From: an uncultured Phycisphaerales bacterium
GTDB taxonomy: Bacteria; Planctomycetota; Phycisphaerae; Phycisphaerales; SM1A02
DNA length: 37,943 nucleotides
Direction of reading: 5' to 3'
Assembly (NCBI GenBank): GCA_938084645.1
Contig: CALKEP010000020.1
Span: forward strand, 1-37,943
Shown: positions 18,967-27,472 of the stretch, piece by piece
How the letters are laid out: every line of letters starts with the position of its first letter
Position numbering within the stretch: position 1 is the first letter of the stretch
The notes under the pieces: generated by a model
What the model was told of the DNA's origin: nothing
The model's input: the letters and a program-made list of their open reading frames with translations, nothing else
Database searches by the model: none
Translations under genes and position numbers: made by a program

Positions 18967-20810
18967 TCGATCTTCTCACCACCTTCGCGGCCGCATCGAT
19001 TGCACTGGCGGCGCCGCCCGCGGCCCCGGCCGACGATCCGCCGCGGATGATGTTCGAACCGACCTGGGAGTCGCTCGAGACCCATCCCACGCCCGAATGG
19101 TTCGAGGACGGAAAATTCGGGATCTTCATCCACTGGGGCGTGTACTCCGTCCCCAGCTTCTGCGACACCAGCACCTACAGCGAGTGGTACCAGCTCTGGT
19201 TGAACACGAATTCGCATGGTGGCAAGGTGACGCGATTTCATGCCGAGAACTACGGGGAGGACTTCCTCTACCGCGACTTTGCGCCGATGTTCCGGGCCGA
19301 GATGTTCGATCCGGCGGAATGGGCGAGGATCTTCAAGCGATCCGGCGCCGAGTACATCGTCATCACCAGCAAGCATCACGACGGATTCTGTCTGTGGGAC
19401 AGCGAGATCGCCAGCGAGGTGCGTGGGTATCCGTGGAACTCCGTGGAGACCGGTCCGAAACGCGACCTCCTCGCGGACCTCTTCGAGGCGTGCCGGGCGG
19501 AAGGCGTCCGGCCGGGGTTGTACTACTCGTTCATGGAATGGGAGAACCCGCTCTACGATCGCGAGGACAAGGGTGAGTACGTCGATCGCGTGATGATTCC
19601 GCAGATCAAGGAGTTGATCGAGAAGTACCAGCCCGCGGTCTTCTGGCCCGACGGCGAGTGGGATCATCCCGACGAGTTGTGGCGGAGCACCGAGATCCTC
19701 GAGTGGATCTACGAGAACGCGGCGAATCCGGATGAGATCGTGGTGAACGATCGCTGGGGCCGCGGTCTTCGGGGCCAGGTCGGCGACTACACCACGACCG
19801 AATACGACAGTCTCGGCAACTCGAGCGGAAAGGGGATGCGGAAGCACCGGCCGTTCGAGGAGTGTCGTGGCGTCGGGCATTCCTTCGCGTTCAATCGTGC
19901 CGAGACCTTCGACATCTACGACTCGCGGACGGTCTGCGTGCAGCGCCTGATCGATCTGGTGAGCCGGGGCGGCGTCCTGCTGCTCGACGTGGGGCCGACC
20001 GCCGACGGTCGGATTCCGCTGATCATGGTCGATCGCCTGCTGGCGATCGGTGACTGGCTCGAAGTCAACGGCGAGGCGATCAAGGGCACGACACGGAGTC
20101 CGTTCAAATCACTTCCCTGGGGGCGTGCGACGCAGAAGGACGATGCCCTCTACCTGCACGTGTTCGACTGGCCGGCGGACGATCGCCTGGTCGTTCCCGG
20201 TCTCGAGAACCGGATCCGTCGGGCGACGATGCTCGGCGATCGACGTCCGGGACGGGAACTCGAGTTCGATCGGCAGGACGGTGGGGCGCTCGTGGTCGAT
20301 CTCGCGGGACTGCATCCGTTCGAACATGCGACGGTGATCAAGCTCGAACTCGATGGTGCGCCGCGCGTCGATCAGTCCGTTCGTGCGGATGCGGCCGGCG
20401 TTCTTCGGCTGCTTCCGGGAGAGGCCTCGATCGAGGGGCCGGGTCTTCGGGTCGAGCAGTATCCGGATCTGGCGGGCACGCCACGTGAGAACCTCGGGTT
20501 CTGGTCCTCGACGGACGCGTCGGCGGCGTGGTCGGTTCGATTCGAACCCGGTCGACGCTACGAGGTGCGGATCGACTTCGCCTGTCGGGACGAGGCGTCC
20601 GGCGGTCGCCTGGAACTCGAGTGCGGCGGCGGGGTGATCGGGATTCCGGTTCCCTCGACCTTGGGCTGGGATCGCTTCGAGATCCGCGAGCTCGGAGACT
20701 TCACGGCTCCGGAGGTCGACGCGGCCAGCGAGGTCGTGCTGCGTGCCACTTCGATTCCCGGCGACGCGGTCGCGAACGTGCGCTCCATCGTGTTTCGACC
20801 GGTGGATTGA
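18963..20810 (+). CDS. Secreted alpha-L-fucosidase (GH29) with C-terminal CBM-like domain
   Basis: The real start is ATG 18963, in an ATGA overlap with the sulfatase stop. Signal peptide, WFEDGKFGIFIHWGVYSVP, KHHDGF, WPDGEW (nucleophile), VNDRWG, DVGPTADG, WLEVNGEAI. Confidence 0.93.
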   Translation: MIDLLTTFAAASIALAAPPAAPADDPPRMMFEPTWESLETHPTPEWFEDGKFGIFIHWGVYSVPSFCDTSTYSEWYQLWLNTNSHGGKVTRFHAENYGEDFLYRDFAPMFRAEMFDPAEWARIFKRSGAEYIVITSKHHDGFCLWDSEIASEVRGYPWNSVETGPKRDLLADLFEACRAEGVRPGLYYSFMEWENPLYDREDKGEYVDRVMIPQIKELIEKYQPAVFWPDGEWDHPDELWRSTEILEWIYENAANPDEIVVNDRWGRGLRGQVGDYTTTEYDSLGNSSGKGMRKHRPFEECRGVGHSFAFNRAETFDIYDSRTVCVQRLIDLVSRGGVLLLDVGPTADGRIPLIMVDRLLAIGDWLEVNGEAIKGTTRSPFKSLPWGRATQKDDALYLHVFDWPADDRLVVPGLENRIRRATMLGDRRPGRELEFDRQDGGALVVDLAGLHPFEHATVIKLELDGAPRVDQSVRADAAGVLRLLPGEASIEGPGLRVEQYPDLAGTPRENLGFWSSTDASAAWSVRFEPGRRYEVRIDFACRDEASGGRLELECGGGVIGIPVPSTLGWDRFEIRELGDFTAPEVDAASEVVLRATSIPGDAVANVRSIVFRPVD

Positions 20811-20849
20811 CCGGAACGCGTCGCAGGCCGGGAATCGTGTCCGCGTCGC

Positions 20850-23800
20850 TCAGACGCACCCGCCCCACGAGACGAGGAACGCGCCGAAGTCCTCGCCGTC
20901 CACCCGCCCGTCGCCGTTGAGGTCGGCCCGCGCGTTGACCTCGTTCCACAGCAGCAGGAATTGTCCGAGATCGGCGCCTCCGACCACGCCGTCGCCGTCG
21001 AAGTCGGCGGGGCAGACCGGAGCGCACTCGTCGGGACGCCCATCGAGATCGGCGTCGGACGAACTTCCCTGCAGGATGTCGCACGCGTCGAGGCGTTGAT
21101 TCGAGTTGCAGTCGTAGAGCGGCGCTTCGCCGTCGCGTCCGCCGCGAATGAGCCACTCCGCCGCGAAGTCGAGGCCGCCGAGCGAATAGGTGGCGGTGAT
21201 GTCGTCGAGGCCCGAGCCTCGACCGAGATACGAACGGCCCGCGAACCGGGTCGCGTCCGCGGCCGCCGGCAGGTCGGCGGACGGGTTGTAGGCCGTGTGC
21301 ACGCCGATGAAGAAGGAGGTGCCGACCGGACCGAGGTCGATCGGGTCGAAGGCGAACCTGAGCCGGGCCGGATCGCCGCTTCCGGATTCATTGCCGCCGT
21401 CGGACTGGACGGTCCCCAGGACGAGTGGAACCATGTCCGAGGGGTCGCGATCCTGATTCGGGTCGGCAAGCACCGCGATCTGGACGAGGGCGCCGATTCC
21501 GAGGTCGCCCAGCGCCACGTCGACCCATTCGATGATGCTGCCGTCGGGGCCGACCTCGTACTGGACGGCCCACCACATGCTGTCGCCCGTCGTGAATCCG
21601 AGCAGGTCCGAGACGTAGTCGCTGTCGACCTGGTAGCCGGGATGGCCACCGAACTGGCACGCATCGATCACCCCGTCGCCATTGCAGTCCTCGGCCGAGC
21701 CGTCGGCGATCTCGCAGGCGTCGAGGACGCCGTTGCCGTCGCAGTCGAGGCGGGGATCCTCGCAGGCGTCGGGCACGCCGTTGCCGTCGCAGTCCGGCAG
21801 GCCCGTGAAGGCGTCCTGGCAGGCATCGGGGACGCCATCGCCGTTGCAATCGGCCTCCGTGCCGCAGAGTCCGTCCCAGAGGCTGTCGCAGTCGCCGCCG
21901 CAGGTGAGTTCGCAGCGGTCGACGACGCCGTCGCCATCGCAGTCCTCGCAGGCGTCGGCGATGCCGTTCAGATCGAGGTCGACGAGCGAGCCGTCGGCGA
22001 ACTGGCACTGATCGGGGATTCCGTCGCCGTTGCAGTCGCCGCCCGGCGACTCGTACTCGAACCGGATGACCCAGTTGCTCCACCACACGCCGGTGCCGAT
22101 CTCGTCGAGCCGCGAGAACTCGACCACGTCGGGGCCGTCGAGCTCCGCGGCGTCGATCGGCGAGGCGCTGCCGATGATCCAGCTCGCCCCGGCGTAGGGG
22201 GTCGTGGAATCGAGTCCGGCGGGGAAGTCCGCCTCGGTGACGTTGCCCATGAGCGCGCCGACGAAATAGGAGCCGCCGAGCGGGCCCAGCGGGATGGAGG
22301 GGAGTTCGATCCGATCCCGGACCGCGGGCTCGGCGGACTGGACCTCCGTGAAGATCAGGTGGACCAGCTCCGCGTCACGGGGATCGCCGTCGCCGTCGGG
22401 GTCTCGCCAGAGACCGATCCGGACCGGACGGCCCGCCGTGGTGTTGACGAAGTCGATCTCGACCGCGGTGGCTCGTGCGAACGGCGTCGCGACCGGAACG
22501 TGCTGCAGCCAGGCCATGTACCCCTCGCCGGAACGAACGCCGTATTCGGGCCCGCCGTCGTCATAGGCGATCAGATCGGCGATCCCGACCTGGCAGTCGT
22601 CGGGAATCCCGTCTCCCTGGCAGTCCGGAGCACCCGAGGCGATCTCGCAGTCGTCCGGAACTCCATTCGCGTTGCAGTCGTTGCCGTCGAGTTCGCACCA
22701 GTCGTAGATGCCGTCGCCATCGCAGTCCGGAGGCGTGCCCTCGCAGACGTCGAGTTGTCCGTTCCCGTTGCAGTCGAGGCCGGGATCGGCGGCGATCTGG
22801 CATCCGTCGAGTTGCAGGTCGTCGTCGCAGTCGAGAAACGGTCGCATCACCGAGCCCGGCATCACTTCGCGCGATCCGAAGGGTGGCTTCCATTCCAGTC
22901 GGCAGACCGCCTCGCCGCCGCCGTCGAACCACTCCAGGGTGAGGACGTGGCTGCCGGCGGACAGGAAGATGCCCGCCGACACCTCCTCCACGGAGTGGGC
23001 GCGCCAGTCGTCGATGAGGAGCTCGCCGTCGACGAAGAGTCGGATCCCGTCGTCGGAGGTCACGTAGAACGAATAGAAGCCGGTGTATTCGGCGACGAGT
23101 TCTCCGGTCCAGCGGGCCGCGAAGTCGGTGATCCCCGCGCCGGGCCACGGTTCCCCGCCCCCGATGTCGAAGTCGACGGCCTCGGCGATGCGCGAGGCGA
23201 TCGGCGTGGCGAGGTCCTGTCCGGTGAAGTAGGTCGCGATGAAACCCGTCGCGTCGGGCGACTCGCACTCGTCGTCGAGCAGGTTTCCGTTGCAATCGGA
23301 TCGCGGCGCCTCGGTCGCGACGCATGCATCGAGAAGGCCGTCCTCGTTGCAGTCGAGCCAGGGGGTGAGGAGGATCTCGACGCCGTCGGGTCGGCCGTCG
23401 CCGTCGCAGTCCGTGGACTGGCACTCGTCGGGCACGCCGTCCCCATCGAGGTCCAGACTGTCGCCGAAGAGGATGTCGGCGTCGTCCGGGAAGAAGTTTC
23501 CGTTGCAGTCGACGTCGCCCACCTCGACGATCGAGTGCAGCAGGTTCTCTCCAGCCCGGTCGAGGGATCCATCACCCGGGAACCAGAGCCCGCTCGGCGA
23601 CATGTAGGCCTGGTTCCGTTCGGGAAAGCGATCGGGATCCGAAGTCCCCCATGATTCGAACGTCCGGAACTCGCCGGTCGCCCAGCGCCAGTCGCCGTCG
23701 GTCACTCGGTCGCTGAGACCGATCCAGCACCAACGAGGCGTGCCGTTCCACATGGCCAGGGCCTCGACGACCGCGCCCTGCTCCGCGAACGACTCGAACG

Positions 23801-24008
23801 CGACCAGTCTTCCGCCGAGGGACGCCGCGACCGAAGCCGCCTCCTCGACCGTCGAGGGGGAGAGGAGGTAGTACTCGTGCGTGCTGCTGGGTATCACCAC
23901 GGGGCCGGCGATGATCTCGGGATCGCCCGCCCACGCGGAGGAGGCGATGGCGAGGGCGGCGGTCGCGCCTGCGACCGATCGAACCTGTCTGGAGTTTGCT
24001 ACCTGCAA
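20850..24008 (-). CDS. Large secreted adhesin-like protein: C-type lectin, PA14, about 19 DCNGNG-type Ca-binding Cys repeats, two related beta domains and a dockerin-like tail
   Basis: TTG start (in-frame TGA at 24048-24050 excludes earlier starts). Signal peptide. CTL motif WIGLSD..GDWRW. PA14 motif RWTG..TSDDGIRLFVDG. Repeated DC(N/D)G(N/D)GxxDxC. C-terminus CPADFDGDG...SWGGCV. Confidence 0.88.
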   Translation of the reverse strand: MQVANSRQVRSVAGATAALAIASSAWAGDPEIIAGPVVIPSSTHEYYLLSPSTVEEAASVAASLGGRLVAFESFAEQGAVVEALAMWNGTPRWCWIGLSDRVTDGDWRWATGEFRTFESWGTSDPDRFPERNQAYMSPSGLWFPGDGSLDRAGENLLHSIVEVGDVDCNGNFFPDDADILFGDSLDLDGDGVPDECQSTDCDGDGRPDGVEILLTPWLDCNEDGLLDACVATEAPRSDCNGNLLDDECESPDATGFIATYFTGQDLATPIASRIAEAVDFDIGGGEPWPGAGITDFAARWTGELVAEYTGFYSFYVTSDDGIRLFVDGELLIDDWRAHSVEEVSAGIFLSAGSHVLTLEWFDGGGEAVCRLEWKPPFGSREVMPGSVMRPFLDCDDDLQLDGCQIAADPGLDCNGNGQLDVCEGTPPDCDGDGIYDWCELDGNDCNANGVPDDCEIASGAPDCQGDGIPDDCQVGIADLIAYDDGGPEYGVRSGEGYMAWLQHVPVATPFARATAVEIDFVNTTAGRPVRIGLWRDPDGDGDPRDAELVHLIFTEVQSAEPAVRDRIELPSIPLGPLGGSYFVGALMGNVTEADFPAGLDSTTPYAGASWIIGSASPIDAAELDGPDVVEFSRLDEIGTGVWWSNWVIRFEYESPGGDCNGDGIPDQCQFADGSLVDLDLNGIADACEDCDGDGVVDRCELTCGGDCDSLWDGLCGTEADCNGDGVPDACQDAFTGLPDCDGNGVPDACEDPRLDCDGNGVLDACEIADGSAEDCNGDGVIDACQFGGHPGYQVDSDYVSDLLGFTTGDSMWWAVQYEVGPDGSIIEWVDVALGDLGIGALVQIAVLADPNQDRDPSDMVPLVLGTVQSDGGNESGSGDPARLRFAFDPIDLGPVGTSFFIGVHTAYNPSADLPAAADATRFAGRSYLGRGSGLDDITATYSLGGLDFAAEWLIRGGRDGEAPLYDCNSNQRLDACDILQGSSSDADLDGRPDECAPVCPADFDGDGVVGGADLGQFLLLWNEVNARADLNGDGRVDGEDFGAFLVSWGGCV
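21020..23515 (-). repeat. Intragenic DC(N/D)G(N/D)GxxDxC repeat arrays (about 19 copies in four blocks) within the lectin protein gene
   Basis: Counted in the translation as blocks of about 5, 5, 7 and 2 that separate the globular domains. At DNA level ccgttgcagtc / ccgtcgcagtc recurs. Confidence 0.8.
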
Positions 24009-24051
24009 GGCGGGAATTCCACGGAATCGTTGGCGAACACGGGTCCTTCAA

Positions 24052-24080
24052 AGTCTATCTGGAAATTTCCAGGATTCCAC
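24052..24080. promoter_or_regulatory. Putative -10 element (TAGACT, minus strand) with adjacent perfect 14-bp palindrome (candidate operator)
   Basis: agtcta at 24052-24057 reads TAGACT on the minus strand. ctggaaatttccag at 24059-24072 is a perfect palindrome. The region is locally AT-rich. Confidence 0.55.
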
Positions 24081-24167
24081 AAGAACGCCTCCGCCGGTTC
24101 TCGACGGGGGAGATGTCCTGTTCCAATGGACCGAGGGCGGTATCCTTGGCCCCCACAGGAGCCTGAG

Positions 24168-25385
24168 ATGTACTCATCGGAGCCGAAATCTGGGTTTGCG
24201 GAGGAAGCGGCGGAAGCGATGACCGGCCTGCGGAGTGCGTTGGCGGGGCTGATCAGTGGCTGTCGTCAGGTGGCCGGGACCCGGCCGATCGACATCTCCC
24301 GTGGTCTCGGCATCGACATGAAGCTCGCCTGGAAGATGTCTCATCTCGCCGAAGCGGCCCGGCCGTTCGATTCGGCGCGACACGTGCCCGGTGGGGCTGG
24401 AATGCGGATCTTCCTCGACGCGGCCGGTGCTCGGGACGCGGATCCGGAGGACGTGAAGCGAACCGAGGCCGCCTTCGCGAAGGTGCAGGGGGTGATCGCG
24501 GAGCACTGCGGAAGTCGAAAGGTCTTCGAGACGATGGTCTCCGAGATGCAGGAGACCGAGGACCGGCCGCCGGCGCTGGCGGATCGCGAGCGGCTTTTCG
24601 AGGGCGCCCGATCGGTATGGGGTCTGAAGGCGGATCTCATCCACCGGATGGACATCCTCCATCCCTGCCGTGTCGAGGGACTCCTCGATTGCGTGACCAT
24701 CCGGACGCTGGCGGGGACTCGACGCCTTCGTGGTGGTGTTCCGCTCGTGTTCCCGCGTCCACGAGTCGTCGACGATCGAGGCATGGAGAGCCGGAGCAGT
24801 CTGCGTGAATCGCTGGATTCGGGAATCGAGGGGAACGCGTTCCCGATCGTCGAGACGTTGTGCGACGGGGCGCTCCCGGCGCTCCACGCGCAGGAGCGGG
24901 ATCAAGGGATGATCTTCGAGGCACCGCCCCTCGACGCCGCGGATCCGTCGAGTTTCACGGTGGCGACCGGCGAGATTCTCCGGGCTGCGCAACCCACGCG
25001 GGTCCAGGGGGATTCCCACGGCATCTACCAGTTGATGCGGCTCCGTGTTCCAGCGCCGCTCGCGGTCTTCGACGTGCTGATTCACGATTCCCTGATCGAT
25101 TCCGACGTGCAGCCCGACAGCTATCTGGCGAGTGAGCTGCACGTCTCCGCGAGTTTCATCCACAACGTCCGGCGGGTCCGACTGCCGATCGGAATCCGGC
25201 GTCAAGAGATCGAGCCGACGCAGGTCCCCGAGCTCGATTCGAAGGGTGGCATGCAGACGCGATTGGAAATCGCCACGCGGGCGCTGGACTGTCGACGCGA
25301 GGACTTTCGCTGGTTTCGCCTCGAGGTCGAGTATCCGCCGATCTGCAGTCTCATGGCGTTCGAGTGCGAGCAGCCCTCGGGCTGA
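24168..25385 (+). CDS. Uncharacterised protein with N-terminal HTH-like motif (putative transcriptional regulator)
   Basis: ATG 24168 has an AGGAG RBS and TATCCT -10 (24141-24146). RPIDISRGLGIDMKLAWKMSHL resembles an HTH. No signal peptide or TM segment. Divergent from the lectin gene. Confidence 0.7.
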   Translation: MYSSEPKSGFAEEAAEAMTGLRSALAGLISGCRQVAGTRPIDISRGLGIDMKLAWKMSHLAEAARPFDSARHVPGGAGMRIFLDAAGARDADPEDVKRTEAAFAKVQGVIAEHCGSRKVFETMVSEMQETEDRPPALADRERLFEGARSVWGLKADLIHRMDILHPCRVEGLLDCVTIRTLAGTRRLRGGVPLVFPRPRVVDDRGMESRSSLRESLDSGIEGNAFPIVETLCDGALPALHAQERDQGMIFEAPPLDAADPSSFTVATGEILRAAQPTRVQGDSHGIYQLMRLRVPAPLAVFDVLIHDSLIDSDVQPDSYLASELHVSASFIHNVRRVRLPIGIRRQEIEPTQVPELDSKGGMQTRLEIATRALDCRREDFRWFRLEVEYPPICSLMAFECEQPSG

Positions 25386-25406
25386 AGCACGGGTCCAACC
25401 GCGGGG

Positions 25407-26330
25407 TCAGGTGGTCCAGCCGAAGCCGGCGAGGTCCATGTCGAGTCTCGATGAGAGCCGGCGATTGGAGGCCGCGAGGTCGAGGTCCGCCAGCCTTGAC
25501 CGGATGATCCGATCGATCCGTCGGCCCCGGCGGTTCTCGCCGGCTTCGGTGGCCACTCGGCCGAGGACGTGGGCGAGGCGTCGTCCGGGTCCGGCGAGCC
25601 GGGGAAACGGTGGGGCCCGATGCAACGAACTTCGGACCGCGAGCAGGTTGACGCGTCTCAGCGCGGCCGCCTCCAGCAGCGAAGGTGCCGCGAACACCGG
25701 CCCGGTTTCGGGGGGCGCGGGGAGCGGGATCTCCGAGAACGCCTCGATCCGTTCGAGGTGTCCAACGGGGTCGTCGCAGAGGCCCTCGAACGGAAGCGCC
25801 AGCACGTTCTGCCCGCCGAAGACCCGGTCGAGCAGGTCGACGAAGCGGTCGAACTCCAGAAACCGGGGATCGAACGCCGGGAGCCGGTGATCACCCCGAT
25901 CCAGCGGGCGAAGAAAATCCTCGATTCCGCTGATGCCGCCGATCCGGATCTGTTGGAGCCAGATCGATCGAACCAGGGAGTGCTGCTCGCGAACGACGAG
26001 AAGGATCCGGGCGTCGGGGACGAGGTCGGCCAGTCGGTGGACGGTCCGCTCGGCGTCGCACCAGCCCGCGGCGGGATTGCCACTGAAGCGTTCGTTCGAG
26101 ATGACCACCGGCGAACCCCGGTTCGTGGCGCGGTCGATCTCCTCCTGCATCCACCGGCGGGTCGCGAGGGCGTCGAAGTCGAGTTCTCTCGGCAGCACGA
26201 TCCGTGCGGTCGTCTCCGCGCGATCGGGGAGCGTGCCGGGGGGGCGGCCGTCACGCCCGTCGAGCACATGCTGCTGGAACCAGGTGGAACCGGTCCGGTG
26301 CAGGCCGAGATGGATCAAGGGCCGCGTCAC
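25407..26330 (-). CDS. Sulfotransferase family protein (PAPS-binding P-loop)
   Basis: IHLGLHRTGSTWFQ (5'-PSB loop), ISNERFS, LVVREQ..LVRS (3'-PB) and LPFEGL. GTGA overlap with the DUF2304 gene. Confidence 0.75.
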   Translation of the reverse strand: MTRPLIHLGLHRTGSTWFQQHVLDGRDGRPPGTLPDRAETTARIVLPRELDFDALATRRWMQEEIDRATNRGSPVVISNERFSGNPAAGWCDAERTVHRLADLVPDARILLVVREQHSLVRSIWLQQIRIGGISGIEDFLRPLDRGDHRLPAFDPRFLEFDRFVDLLDRVFGGQNVLALPFEGLCDDPVGHLERIEAFSEIPLPAPPETGPVFAAPSLLEAAALRRVNLLAVRSSLHRAPPFPRLAGPGRRLAHVLGRVATEAGENRRGRRIDRIIRSRLADLDLAASNRRLSSRLDMDLAGFGWTT

Positions 26331-26713
26331 GAATCGCGGGCCTTCGCTTCCGGTGCGTCATCCGGGTCCCGATCCCGGTCGGTTCGGGACGACGCCTCGA
26401 GAATGGCGACGTGGCGGACGAGCAGCGTGAGTTCCCGTCGGACCTTGCGAAGCCGCAGGTAGAAGACGACGAAGCCCTGGAACACCACGAGGGTGACCAG
26501 GTACACGATGAGGTCGGTTCCCCGGTTGATGCCGAGGGTCCGGGCGACTCTGGTGGTCCGGTCGGGGTCGACGGCGGCGAGGATCCCCGCGATCGAGACG
26601 ATCAGGATCGTCACCGCGGCCGGTCGGCCGATGGACCGTCTGAACGCCCCGACCACCGCGAAGATCGCGACGATGCCGAGGGTGGCGATGATGATGATCT
26701 GAAACGCGGTCAC
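26327..26713 (-). CDS. DUF2304 family small membrane protein (GacJ/Rv3632-like)
   Basis: The real start is GTG 26713 (MTAFQIIIIATLG...), overlapping the GT2 stop. Three TM segments, ARTLGINRGTDLIVY, and C-terminal RELTLLVRHVAI. Confidence 0.85.
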   Translation of the reverse strand: MTAFQIIIIATLGIVAIFAVVGAFRRSIGRPAAVTILIVSIAGILAAVDPDRTTRVARTLGINRGTDLIVYLVTLVVFQGFVVFYLRLRKVRRELTLLVRHVAILEASSRTDRDRDPDDAPEAKARDS

Positions 26714-27444
26714 CCGGCGATCCTGCCGACGAGGTAGTGGAAGAGGATCCGGAAGCTTCCGGTCCAACGTTGCCCCTTCTCGCGCGAGTACTCGCTGTAC
26801 CGGATGGTGACGGGATACTCCCGGACCCGGCCGCCGCTTCGTCCGATGAGGTCGATGATCTCGCTCGCGTGCGCCATGCGATCGGCGGTGATCTCGATCG
26901 AGGCCGCAGCGTCTCGGGAGAACACCCGAAGGCCGTTGTGCACGTCGTTGAGTCGCACGCCGCTCATCATGCGATGGAAGATGACCGCCGCACGCAGGAG
27001 AAGCCATCGGGTCTTCGGGATCTCCGAGACATCGCCGGCGAAGCGGTCGCCGAGGGCGATGTCGCACTCGCCTGCGGCGACGCCCGCGACCAGCGTCTTG
27101 AGATCCTCGACCCGATGTTGTCCGTCGGCGTCGAAATGGGCGATCCGCCGGGCCCCGTGGGCGAGCGCAAAGTCGGTGCCGGTCTGGAGCGCGGCCCCCT
27201 GGCCGCGATTGACGAAGTGGCGGAGTGGATGGGGGGCGCAGTCCCGCAGGACCTCCCAGGTCCGATCCGACGAGCCGTCGTCGACCGCCACGACATTCTT
27301 GAACCAGGGCGTGATCGAGCCGATGACATCTCTGATCGCCGTCGCCTCGTTGAACACGGGGATGACGATCCAGGTCTCGTCCGCGACGGCGGGGTCGAGC
27401 TCCGGCTTCACGTCCCGATTTCGCTCCTGGGCTGGCGTCGGCAT
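26710..27444 (-). CDS. GT2 polyprenyl-phosphate sugar transferase (DPM-synthase-like; GacI/PpgS type)
   Basis: IVIPVFNE, VDDGSSD, NRGQGAALQTG, FDADGQH, NGLRVFS, MAHASEI. Paired with DUF2304. ATG 27444 is preferred because 27495 overlaps the divergent gene. Confidence 0.88.
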   Translation of the reverse strand: MPTPAQERNRDVKPELDPAVADETWIVIPVFNEATAIRDVIGSITPWFKNVVAVDDGSSDRTWEVLRDCAPHPLRHFVNRGQGAALQTGTDFALAHGARRIAHFDADGQHRVEDLKTLVAGVAAGECDIALGDRFAGDVSEIPKTRWLLLRAAVIFHRMMSGVRLNDVHNGLRVFSRDAAASIEITADRMAHASEIIDLIGRSGGRVREYPVTIRYSEYSREKGQRWTGSFRILFHYLVGRIAG

Positions 27445-27450
27445 CAGTTC

Positions 27451-27460
27451 AACGTAACCT
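27451..27460. promoter_or_regulatory. Symmetric bidirectional promoter (back-to-back -10 elements sharing a TA)
   Basis: aacgTAacct gives TAACCT on + (27455-27460) and TACGTT on - (27456-27451). The minus-strand element sits 6 nt before ATG 27444. The intergenic gap is only 28 bp. Confidence 0.6.
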
Positions 27461-27472
27461 GAATCCAGAGAC

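Noticed and set aside
12448..21015. Cellulosome
   Set aside because: No cohesin/scaffoldin or cellulase is visible, and dockerin-like tails alone are insufficient evidence.
21640..22830. Repeated DNA motifs (ccgttgcagtc, gccgtcgcagtc) resembling a CRISPR array or DGR repeat
   Set aside because: The repeats are degenerate, in frame and encode DCNGNG protein repeats. There is no constant repeat-spacer period and no cas or reverse transcriptase gene.
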